From NCBI RefSeq assembly GCF_009834535.1, contig NC_045725.1, forward strand, positions 10,912,001-10,976,000: a stretch of 64,000 bases of DNA, read 5' to 3'. Made by a program: the position numbers and the translations under genes. Below the pieces are notes generated by a model. It did no database searches, was not told where the DNA came from, and saw only the letters and a program-made list of their open reading frames with translations. The DNA comes from Camelus ferus (Eukaryota). Positions 38,814 through 49,380 of this stretch are shown piece after piece. Position 1 is the first letter of the stretch. Every line of letters begins with the position of its first letter.

Positions 38814-39728
38814 ATGGTGATGAATAAAATTGTGACTGAACTCATTCTTTTCGGGTTGACACAGAATGCAGGGAAGCAGACAGCAATATTTGGGATCTTC
38901 TTGATTCTGTACCTTGTGACACTGTTGGGGAACTTTCTTATTTTAGTGACTATTAAAACAAGCTGGACCCTGAGGAGTCCCGTGTACTTCTTCCTGGTCT
39001 ATCTGTCCTTTGCTGATGCCTGCTTCTCTGCAACCACAGCCCCCAGGCTGATTGTCGATGCCCTTTCTCAGAAGAAGACCATTTCCTACAATGAATGCAC
39101 GACCCAGGTCTTTGCAGCCCATTTCTTCGGCTGCATGGAGATCTTTGTGCTCATCCTCATGGCCTTGGATCGCTACATAGGCATTTGTAAGCGCTTGCGA
39201 TACACAGCCATCATGAGTCAGCAAGTCTGTGGTGTACTGGTGATTTTGGCCTGGATAGGATCTTGTATCCACTCTTCAGCACAGATTTTCCTGGCTTTGA
39301 GATTGCCCTTCTGTGGCCCCAGTGAGATTGACCACTGTTTCTGTGACTTGCAGCCCTTGTTGAAACTTGCTTGCATGGACGCTTACGTGATCAATTTGCT
39401 AGTGGTTTCTGATAGTGGGGCCATAAGCATGGTGAGTTTCATAATCCTTCTTATCGCTTATGTTGTCATCTTATGCTCATTGGGAAATCACAGTGCAGAA
39501 GGAAGGCAAAAAGCCCTTTCCATGTGCAGCTCCCACTTTATTGTAGCTGTCATATTTTTTGGCCCATGTATATTCATATACACACGCCCACCAACCACAT
39601 TTCCAATAGACAAGATGGTGGCTGTATTTTATACAATTGGGACACCCTTGCTCAACCCCCTGATCTATACACTAAGAAATGCAGAAGTGAAAGTTGCCAT
39701 GAAAAAATTATGGTGTAGCAAAGTATGA
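38814..39728 (+). CDS. OR4C11: Olfactory receptor OR4C11-like, open ORF (304 aa)
   Basis: The true start MVMNKIVTE follows acceptor ttcttctctcttcAG (38773). [63 protein letters not shown] and [13 protein letters not shown] match OR4C11-type sequence. The DRY region reads DRYIGICKRLRY. Confidence 0.92.
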   Translation: MVMNKIVTELILFGLTQNAGKQTAIFGIFLILYLVTLLGNFLILVTIKTSWTLRSPVYFFLVYLSFADACFSATTAPRLIVDALSQKKTISYNECTTQVFAAHFFGCMEIFVLILMALDRYIGICKRLRYTAIMSQQVCGVLVILAWIGSCIHSSAQIFLALRLPFCGPSEIDHCFCDLQPLLKLACMDAYVINLLVVSDSGAISMVSFIILLIAYVVILCSLGNHSAEGRQKALSMCSSHFIVAVIFFGPCIFIYTRPPTTFPIDKMVAVFYTIGTPLLNPLIYTLRNAEVKVAMKKLWCSKV

Positions 39729-41200
39729 CTTCAGTTGATAAATCATATACAGGGATTCTAACATATGATTCCTTAACAGCATAGTTTTGTTTTATGAACA
39801 GGAAAGATAACATATTTCTGATGGGAAACAAAGAATTAAGAAATACGTGTATATTGATATAGAAATATAGATATACAGTATCCTTATTCTTGAGAGGATT
39901 GTATTAGAATATATATATAATTAAAGTCCATAATCTTTTTGAACAGCCTTTTTGAACATGACTTTTACTTAAATTCTATCAACATCTGGCCATATTCACA
40001 TGATAATTTAGTTTTCTATACAAAACTTTCTTCACAAAGAATCATGACAAATGACAAAATGATTGTGTGTGTATGTGTGTGCGTGTGTGTGTGTCTACAC
40101 ATTGATTCTTTTTCTAGATTTTATTTTAGATCTTACAAACGTGAATCTAGTTCTTAGCTCCCTTATAGAGGTCTACAAGGGACTGGAATTTTACAGAATC
40201 AAAGTTGCTGTCTTGATGACGTGAGGATTAGAGAAGATGCTCTGAGGAAATGCTGCTCTGGAACTCTGCACCTGGGCCTGTCTCACTGAGGCATCTACAT
40301 TGGGGGACCCTCAGACTCCTATAAAAGCTGGAAATATCAGTGAGAACCTAGACTGTCCCTGGAAAACCTCTCAAGATTCTGTGCCTGGTTAAGTGGGGAG
40401 GAGCCATATTTGGCTGCAATAAGCAATATCAAGTAGTCAGTCAATTGTGCTCCGGATTCTTTCACACGGCTCTTCATGAAGGAGAGGGAAGTGGAAGTAA
40501 GGGAATTTGGCAGCAGGAGTATGCAGAAGGGAGAGTCAAGGGAGGAAGGGAGGACATAGAACAATGCACTATGAAGAGAGAAAAGGTGAAAAGAATGGTA
40601 ATTGTATTCAAGTAGGAGAGAAGGAGCTTTATCTTTCTCACATTTTGAAAATCACTTTTGGGTATATGAACATTTGCAGGAAATGATGAAGTCTCAGGAT
40701 ATTCCTGTATCATTAAGCTTCCTTGTCTTTTATGTTTATATTGATGTCAGAAAAGACGTTTTTTTTTTTCGTTTCTCGATAACATCAGAAAACTCAGAGT
40801 TAAGATTCCTTGGGAGAACATGAAATTGAAGTCAGTCCTAGTGTTTCTCAAACTTGGTCTTTAAGTTTGATATGAGATTGTTTACAAATGTGTATTCTCA
40901 TTTTTTGAAGATAATCTAATCCATATGTACAATACACACTTACCACCACCCACCACCACCACCACCACCTTATGATCTCATCATCAAGTACTGGCACGCT
41001 GTTTTAGTGCCCGAGTTTATAATTCCTACCAAATTGACACCAGGAAGTATTACTTTAAGTGATACACGCTCTTGAGAAAAAGAACACAATGAACTTCACG
41101 AATATGTGAAGTCCGGGAAGCATTCCCATCAAGTGAAGACAAAATGTCACCATGTTGTGCCAAAGACCCTTAAAAGTTCTGAAATAGAAAGTGGTAGCAG

Positions 41201-42983
41201 TGCGGGCGCTCCGAAATCATCAAGTTGATGGAGGAGGCTTCTGGGGACAAGGACATGGGGACGGCCAAGCGGAGCCCCGCCCCGCCGAGGCCCGCAGGGG
41301 CAGCTGCTCGCAGGCTTGCCCCTGGTGCCAGGCTACACCGCCTCGCTGCGCACCACTCAGCCTTCTCCCAGGTGGTCATCAGCTTCCACTACAGGGGCAA
41401 GCTGGTGGGCCAGACCCCCACCGCCTGCCCTGAGCCGCCCGAGGGCCGCCGCCTGTCCCTGAGCCGCCCGGCCTGCCCGGAGGCAAGCTGCACTGGTGCG
41501 CTGCCCGCCTGCCGCCGCCACCCCCAGCGAGCGGCAGAGGCAGGTGGCGGGAGCGCGACCGGGTGGCCGAGGTCTTCCACACCAGCCAGATCTTCCGAGA
41601 GCTGCAGCAGCTCTGCAGCCACCAGGGCCGGCTCCCCGACAAATAAAATTACAAAATTATTTGTAATTTTAATTGATTATTTTAAATTAATTGTCCTGTT
41701 GTAATCTGCTTTTTTCAAAGAAATTTTTTGATAAAGTGGGCCAGATATAAATCACAAGTTCAAAAACTAATCACAGATTGTACAAGCATTTTGATTGTGA
41801 CTTAGATTCAGTCAACCCCTTCCCGGGCTGGTTGTGCACACCTTGGGCGGAGCCCCAGCGTACTGGGGAGCACAGGCTGAGCTGTGCCATCCTCTCCCTG
41901 CTCACTGGCCCCCCGGCCCTAGCACACCCTGGGGCACACCAGCTCCTTCCCTTCAGCAGAGTGAGGCGGTGGGATTCCAATGGGGATGTCCCAGTTTCAG
42001 CCCTGGAAGAACTTACCCTATTTAGTAGCAAGTAAGACGCAACTACTACCCAGAACTGTGTACAGATGTTTGCCCTAAATCATGGAACTAATCAAAACCT
42101 GGGCAGAAGCCTGAAAACAGCGGCTTAGCTAACTGGTTCACGTCACCCCACTGGCCTTCCAACGTCCGGTATAACACACGTTATAACTTGCATGGTTGAA
42201 AAGCACTAGGACATTTTTTTCTAAAAAACGATTAAGTCTTACCTGCTAGAACAGGGGACTCTTGTTGGTCTGTGTGACACCCCAGGGCAGGCAAGGACTG
42301 GACACACACGGCGGTCAAGGGCCTGCAGGCTCCCTTCCCCTTGTAGTCTGTGGAATTGGCCAAGTCAGTGCCACGGTCGGTGTAGACTCCAAGCGTGTTT
42401 GGCAAGGGTCTGTCTGCTTCCCTCCCTCTCTGGGGAGGAGAGATTTTTTTTCCCTACTCTTTCTCCCAGCCTGGGCCAATGCCACCCCTGGCCCAGAATC
42501 TCTCAGTCAGCCCTCATTTTGAGAAGTGGGAGAAGCTGGGGTTTGGGGGACAGGGTTGCCCCAGCTCAGCCAACCTGGTGGCCCTGTAGCTGTAAGAGTC
42601 CCTGATTTAAAATCTGAAAAACCAAAGAATAAAGAATGTCCATTTATCCTTCCTACTGCCACTCCTACAGAGATGATGGATGTGTCGGCTCAGCATTGTC
42701 CGTTCTTTAGCTGTGTTGGAATTCACATGAGAATATAGGCTAATCCCAGTAAAAGTGACTTTTCCTGTTGAGTCAACAAAGCCAGCATTACATTTTTAAG
42801 AATAACGTACCTGTTTTCTGCAGTTTTGTCTGATAACGATGGGCTTTAGTGTCTAGCTCAAATCCATGTTAAGTGCACATCTTTAATATGCTAAGTGAAT
42901 ATTTATTTTTTACCCATTATAGATGTTTATTGATCTCTTTTATTCTTTATTAAAATAAAATGCTTTTTTAAAGCTGAAAAAAA
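41201..42983 (+). pseudogene. IRF8: IRF8 processed pseudogene, 5'-truncated and internally rearranged
   Basis: CGRSEI..KRSPAPP..AHHSAFSQVVISFHYRGKLVGQ..CPE..RLSLS..PSERQRQV..EVFHTSQIFRELQQ..QGRLPD matches IRF8 across several exon junctions without introns (41201-41640). ~42460-42976 matches my recollection of the distal IRF8 3'UTR. AATAAA at 42954, then an A7 tail. TSD aaagtggtagcag (41188-41200) / aaaatggtagcag (42980-42992). Confidence 0.9.
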
Positions 42984-45229
42984 TGGTAGCAGGAAAAGAC
43001 ACAAAAGGACATTCATCAAAACTCTCAATACCATATATTTTGTTCACACTTCCTTCAGATCAACACTCCCAGTTTTCCTAACTTTATATCTAACACTTCT
43101 GTTTTTAAAGCCTTGAATCTTGTCCTATAATGATGACATTCAAGTGTGATTCGTTCTTAAGTAACCAAGACATAATCTAAATCAGACTTCAGTTCTTACC
43201 TATGATCTTAGCTGGGATCTTTCCCGTATTTTAGGTTCTGCTGGCCATATTAGTCTGACCTAATATGATCTTGTTTGGGACAGTGGCACTCTCTTCCTGG
43301 TGAGCTGTCACCCAGCTGGTTAATCTGGGCTTGTTCTCATAGCAGAGGTTTCTACAGCAAATGGAAGTGCCCAAGGCCTCTCGGGACACAGGCTCGGAAC
43401 TGGCCTTCTGTTATGTCTACCATGAATAAGTAAGTCACAAGGATGCCCAGGGTCAGAATGGGAAGGGACTGCAAAGGTATAGGGGAACCTAATAAATGTA
43501 TTTACAGCATGATCAGTTTACCCCAAACGCTCATTGTGGGCCAGGAGCTTTTCACGGTGTTTTGTATAATTTACTTTATCTGACCCTTACCAGTGCGTAT
43601 AGCACACTGCTTCATGCTGAGCCCATCGCCTGGAATGTCTTAGACTTCATCTGGCTTGGAAATGTCTTGCTCGTATTTTCATACCCAATTTCAGTGTCAC
43701 CTCTCCCAGGAAGCTTTCTGCTGACCCAAAAGGCTTGGCCAAAGGCTTTGTTTATCCTCCTTTAATGCTTATAAATTCCTTTGTCACTATATGTATCACA
43801 TTATATTAAATTTAATTAATCTGTGCACTTCTTTCATTGATTTTACATTTTTTGTCCACAGGGAGTTTCTGTAAAGGAATTTACAAGCCTAGAGACAGAC
43901 TGCGTTTGGAACTAGGCTTGGCAATTTGTCTTGAACAAGTTACTTTATCTCTATCACTAGTATGTGTATTTGTGCCAGCACAATACACACAATTGATACT
44001 GTTTAAATAAACTAAGATATTTAAAAGCTTTGAGAGACTTTAAAATGTTAAAAAGCAGGGATCATCTTTATCAAAGAGCTAAGGTGATGTTCTGAAATTA
44101 AACTGCTCAGAAGAATTAGTTTGAAAGAGTTCAAGACTGGGAATAAGAAAGATACACATTTAGCAGTTCACTGACATGTTATGCCAGAGACAGTAATTCA
44201 CAGGAAATGTTCCACTTGCTCCACTACGTTTCCCAACTTGCTTTCAGTTCAGTGCGACTATTTTGGAATGTACATGCCCGGCCTCTGTATCTGTTTGAGC
44301 TGTATCTTAGAATTTGAGGCCCAAGAAATGTTGAGTGTAGGATGAGTGCCTCTTTGGGGCTGATGCATGAGAGAAAATGCCCTTAAATCTCCAGTTTCTC
44401 TCCTGTTCTGCAGTGACAACTAAAGTTGCCATCTATTCAGTTACAAAATGATAGTTTTGTCAGCCTGCCCCGAGTGACTGTGTGAGCAGAGGCTCAAATT
44501 GCAAGGAGTAAGTAGAGTTAGTGAGGATTTTCTTTTTTAATTTCTATTCTTAGTTTGTGGAGTTTCACTCCACACAGACACAACGTCGTACTCTTAGCAT
44601 CAAGCAACTGACTTAGATTGCCCTGGACCCTTTGCAGACTTCTCGATTTTTCCCTCTGCACAGCTCCTTCTGCTCCAGCACTCTGCTTCACAGACTGCAG
44701 TCTCTTCAGCCACCCTGAACTCTGATCTCTGTATCCTCATCACAGAGAAGTGTGATGCTCTGCTGGGCTTCTCCCTTTCTACACCGTGATGCACAACGTG
44801 CTCTAGCAGAAGGCTGCAGATGCCCTAGTGTTTCCTTTCCCTGGGGGATCCCAGGGTTATACTGACTGCTGTCCCATATAGTAAGTGATTGTTTCACATA
44901 TTTTGTCCGGACATTAGTAGTAAAGTCCAAATACTCTGTTGTGTTCAGAATTTTTAAGTACTATTTTCTTAAAATATATACACAAATAAAATAAAACAAA
45001 TCTATGTATCATTTGTTTCATCTTATTTAAAAAGATAATCATTGGTTACAGAAATGAAAACTGTTACACTTTCCTTTTAAAAAAGAAGAAAAATTATCAC
45101 TTCTACTTCCTTCGTCTCCAGTGCCTCTACTCGCATTGTAACTGGATTTTTAAAAATATTTTTGGCTTATTCTGCATCCTTTCTTTCTTTGCTTTTAATG
45201 TATCCTACACATAAAATTCCATCAGAAAT

Positions 45230-46545
45230 GTTTTTCTAGTGACTTTGTAAAATAAGTTCTAATTATTTTTTCAAATTGATAATCACTTATCTTAATCCAA
45301 TGGATTTGGACTGATTAAAACTCCCATCCTCACCATATATAAATTACTAAGTATGGTATGTATTGTTGAATTTCTGGGCTCAGTACTCTGTTCTATTAAC
45401 ATAGCTGTCTATTTTGTGGATATACTCTATTTTTAAAATCTCTACAGGTTTATGATATATTTGCTCTAAATTCTTCCTATCCCCACCAAAAATCTTTTAC
45501 TTTTTCATACATATATTCAACCATGTTAAGTTTAGAATCATTTTCTATTTCCATGAACATGATCTTCCTGAGATTTTGACTGGGATTTCACTCACTTTAA
45601 TAATTAATTGAGAAAATCAGCAATCTTAAAATATGGTATCTTCCCATCATGATTTCTATAACTCATTTTGTTCAGTTGTATGTCTTTTGTGAAGATGCAT
45701 TGTGTTCTTCATAAACACTATACATTTATGTTCTTTATAGTCTAATTGTGAAGGAGACTTAGTTTATAACTGTTTATATGTGAAAGTAATATCATGCTGA
45801 TTTTTAACTAAACTCTTCTAATAAACATTGAAATTTGTCAACTGACTGCCTTGGTTTTTCTAAGTTAATGAGAAACTCAGTCAATAATGAATTTGGTTGT
45901 TTCAATTTCCATTTTGATTATTCTATTTCTTTTTACTGGTATTTTGTTGGTTGACACAGAGTTATTGAAGTGACAGTCTGTGGACTGAATTCACCAGATT
46001 TGTAAATTAGTTTGATCCAAAAACTGTTGATTAGCATAAAGTGTTACAAACATAATTAGTTATCAACATATTCAAATCATTTAAATTCATATAAAGTATG
46101 GATGCCTATTTCTCTTGAAAATCTGAGTGTGCAACAAACTTGGGCACATACTCCCCCAAAGGCAAGACAGGAGCTGAGCTGTAGTAGGCCCTTGCCGGGT
46201 AGGGTTTACTCCCTCTGAAGAAATAAAAGTCTTAAGTTATCTTTGCACAGTTTGGCTTTACTCATTTGTTTTATTTTTCTGGCCTTTGTAGGTATATGAA
46301 GTTGAGAACTCTGCATGAGAAACTTTACTTTAAAAAACATACAACAACAGCAGTTACCAAAGTGGCCCTGTCTTATCCCTGAATTTAATGAATTTCTTTT
46401 ATAATTAACTGTGATGTTTCCTTCAGTTTTTTGAAACATATCCTTTCATCAAGTTAAAGAATTTCATTTTACTTTCAGTTTGCTGTGTTTTTCAGACTAT
46501 GTTTTATCAAATCCCATTTTGGCATCTCGAAAATGATTTTTTAAA
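45230..46545 (-). mobile_element. Ancient L1M ORF2/3' fragment
   Basis: Antisense L1 motifs tctgttctattaac, gagattttgactgggatttcac, gatgtttccttcagttttttgaaacatatcctttcatcaagttaaagaatttc. Confidence 0.65.
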
Positions 46546-47249
46546 ATAGTATAATTTTAGTAACAGAAAGCCTTGGTAACAAAAATCAGTAAATCAAAGG
46601 TTGTATCAGAAAGCAGAGTTTATTAAAGAAAATTTCCAGACCTTACCTGCTAAAATGTATTCAATGAGAAATAGAGGTAACCTGTTATATGACAACAAAT
46701 TTTAGTCATCTTTAAAAATGATGTGAGCAAATGGGCAGGTGACCCTTAATTACAGGATGGCATAGCCATAAAAGCACTTAACAATACAATAAAAATATAG
46801 CACTAAGCTTGCATTACTTTATTTCATTGATTAATCTTTACCAACTTATTACTTCACATATTAAACAAATATAAAGTCAAGGACTTCATTCCAAGGTTCT
46901 TCTTTATATTTTCATTACATAATTATAATAAAGTAAAGATCACCCTAAGAGTTTTCTAAAGACTCAAGTGATTATGCTAATATGGATTTAGTCTTTGTTT
47001 ATATGTGGAAAAGAAATAAATTTAGGGTTAAAAAGAATCTTTACTTTGAAGCATTTTTAAATGGAATTGTGAAGTTTCTTCTATGAGTGAAAGTGAAAGG
47101 GCAATTAAAAGCCAACTATAAAAGCTTTTCACATCATGTTTCCCATACCCTCTATAGCATAAGAGTTAGAGTTACTCTGTGTTCCTAAAGCATTTTTGGC
47201 TTTGGGTCATTTTTAAGAGACAACAACCTCCATGCTCCTTGGGGGCTCA

Positions 47250-47700
47250 GGGAGGGCTAGAAATACCAGTATTACAGGATCCGGGCCCTGTGTACATTTC
47301 TGATCTTGTTCCTTGCCGCTCTCTGCCTGGATCATTATGTCCCAACCATTCTGCTATTTTATATTTCCTTGGAAATGCCATGGCATTTCTTGAATTAGAG
47401 TCTTCTCTCTCTAGAATTTTCATCCCACTGATTCTCAGGTGACTGTTTCCTTTTCATTTTTTTTTCAATTATTGGTGCTCATCAGTATTAAGCTTATTGA
47501 TTAATATATTTCAAAACTTTTCCTAAGAAAACCTCAACAGCATTCAAAGTCAGCTGAAATGTTACCTGCTAACAATCTTTCTCTGACTATCCAATATGAA
47601 GTACCTTCCATGAAACAATCATAGCCCTCCATTTCCAAGACTCTGTTCTCATGGCCACATTCTGCTTTTTTTTATTATTTTATTTTATTTTTATTGATTG
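47250..47700 (+). mobile_element. LINE-2 fragment
   Basis: cattcaaagtcagctgaaatgttacctgctaacaatctttctctgactatcca and related L2 3' motifs. Confidence 0.5.
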
Positions 47701-47759
47701 CCTTCTTTTTTCCCCATAACCATTTGAATTTGGCTATTTGAATTGGATTGTTTGGCTCT

Positions 47760-48360
47760 TGCATTCTATAACCGTTCAACAGACATTTATTGAAAACCTA
47801 ACAAATGCCATGCATAAATAAAATTTCTTCTTTTGCAGATGTCCAATCTAGAGAGAGGTGGAAAGTAAAAAGAGCCAAATGATAATTATACACAAATAAT
47901 TTTGGTCATTGTTACTAAGAAGATAAAGAAGATGTAGACATAGGGAATAATGGTAGAAGAAGAATCTTGACTTGACTCATGGGGGGAGGCTGTCTGAATG
48001 CCAATCTCTTTATCTAGGACTAGAAGCTGGAGACAAGCAACCACTTGAGTAGATGAGGGCTTGTTTTCAGAGAGAGAGAAGCAACAGCACTAGGGTGAGA
48101 AAAGGCTTTATCAGCTCTAAGGGCTGATGAAAAAAAACCCAGCATGTCTGGTGCCTGGTGAGGGACAGGGGAGGCACTCAAGATGTGGTTGGAGAGTTAG
48201 AGGTAGCAGAGAGATTCACCAGCAGATTCTGGGACAAGGCAAGGAGGTTCTAGATGCAACGGGGAGCCACGGAAGGATATGAAGCAGTAGAGCACCATAA
48301 TCCTTCCACTGTGAATACCCGAAATCATAAAGCAGATTTATATTTTCAAGAGATCACTCT
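47760..48360 (-). mobile_element. LINE-2 3' end
   Basis: ttcaacagacatttattgaaaaccta...ggagccacggaaggatatgaagcagtagag...tttcaagagatcactctggctg. Confidence 0.65.
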
Positions 48361-48441
48361 GGCTGTTGGTGAAGAATAGAGTTTTTCTTTTTACTCTTTT
48401 CTTAAAGAACAACTTCTCCTTATGGGAAACACATGATGTGC

Positions 48442-49380
48442 TCAGCATACAATCACTTGCCAAACAAAGGATTTCCTTGTTTCACCCAGTTTTCTCATGG
48501 CATTTTTCACCTCTGCATTCCTCAAGGTGCAGATCAAGGGATTTAACATGGGTGTGATGATGGAACTGGACACAACCATTGCCTTGTCTATGGGGTAGGT
48601 GGCCACAGGCCTCACATACAAGAAAATGCATGGCACGAAGAACATGAGGACCACAACGAGGTGGGAACCACAGGTGGAGAGAGCTTTACGCCAAACTTCA
48701 GAGCCGCAGGACTTCAGGGAGCAGGGAACGACCACATAGAGGTGATGAGGATAAGGAAGATGGCTACACACATCACCCCACTGTTGAGGCTGACCAAGAG
48801 GCCCAGGATGTGGGAGTCCATGCAGGCAAGTTTCAACAGTGGAAACAAATCACACATAAAGTGGTCAGTGATGTTGGGGCCACAAAAGAGTATCTGATAC
48901 ATGAAGCGACGCTGTACAAGGGCGTGGAAAAATCCCCCCCGCCAGGCCCCTCCCAGAAACAGTCAGCACTGCTAAGGCCTCATGACAGTCATGCAGCCCA
49001 GGGGCTCACAGGTGGCCACATAGCGGCCATAGGCCGTCACAGTGAGAAGGATGACCCCGCTCCACCAAATAAGTGCCCCACAAAGAGCTGAGCCACGCGG
49101 CCTTTGAGGGCGATGGCAGCACTCTCAGAGGGGGGAGTCCACAGTCATCTCGGGGGCAATGCCAGAAGAGAAGGTGGCATCCAGAAGGGACAAGGAGGTA
49201 AGGAAAAAATACACAGGTGACCTCAGACTCTGATCTGTGACCATGGTTACCACAGTGAGGAGGTTTCCCAAGACAGTGGACACATACGTGATTAGAAACA
49301 CAGCAGAGTGTTTTCCTCAGCTCTGGATTCTTCATGATGCCCAAAAGGATGAATTCAGTCACATTGTTTTGATTTCCTCT
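48442..49380 (-). pseudogene. OR4C6: Olfactory receptor OR4C6-like pseudogene
   Basis: NQNNVTEFILLG (ATG lost), [86 protein letters not shown]. Multiple frameshifts. Confidence 0.9.

Noticed and set aside
41225-41704. 159-aa ORF as a functional truncated IRF8
   Set aside because: It moves in and out of the IRF8 frame, lacks the DNA-binding domain and much of the IAD, and has no evident promoter.
44838-44858. EBF (O/E)-like sites ttccctggggga and atcccagggt as an OR enhancer
   Set aside because: No adjacent homeodomain site in composite spacing was seen, it may lie in an old MaLR-like LTR, and such short motifs occur by chance.
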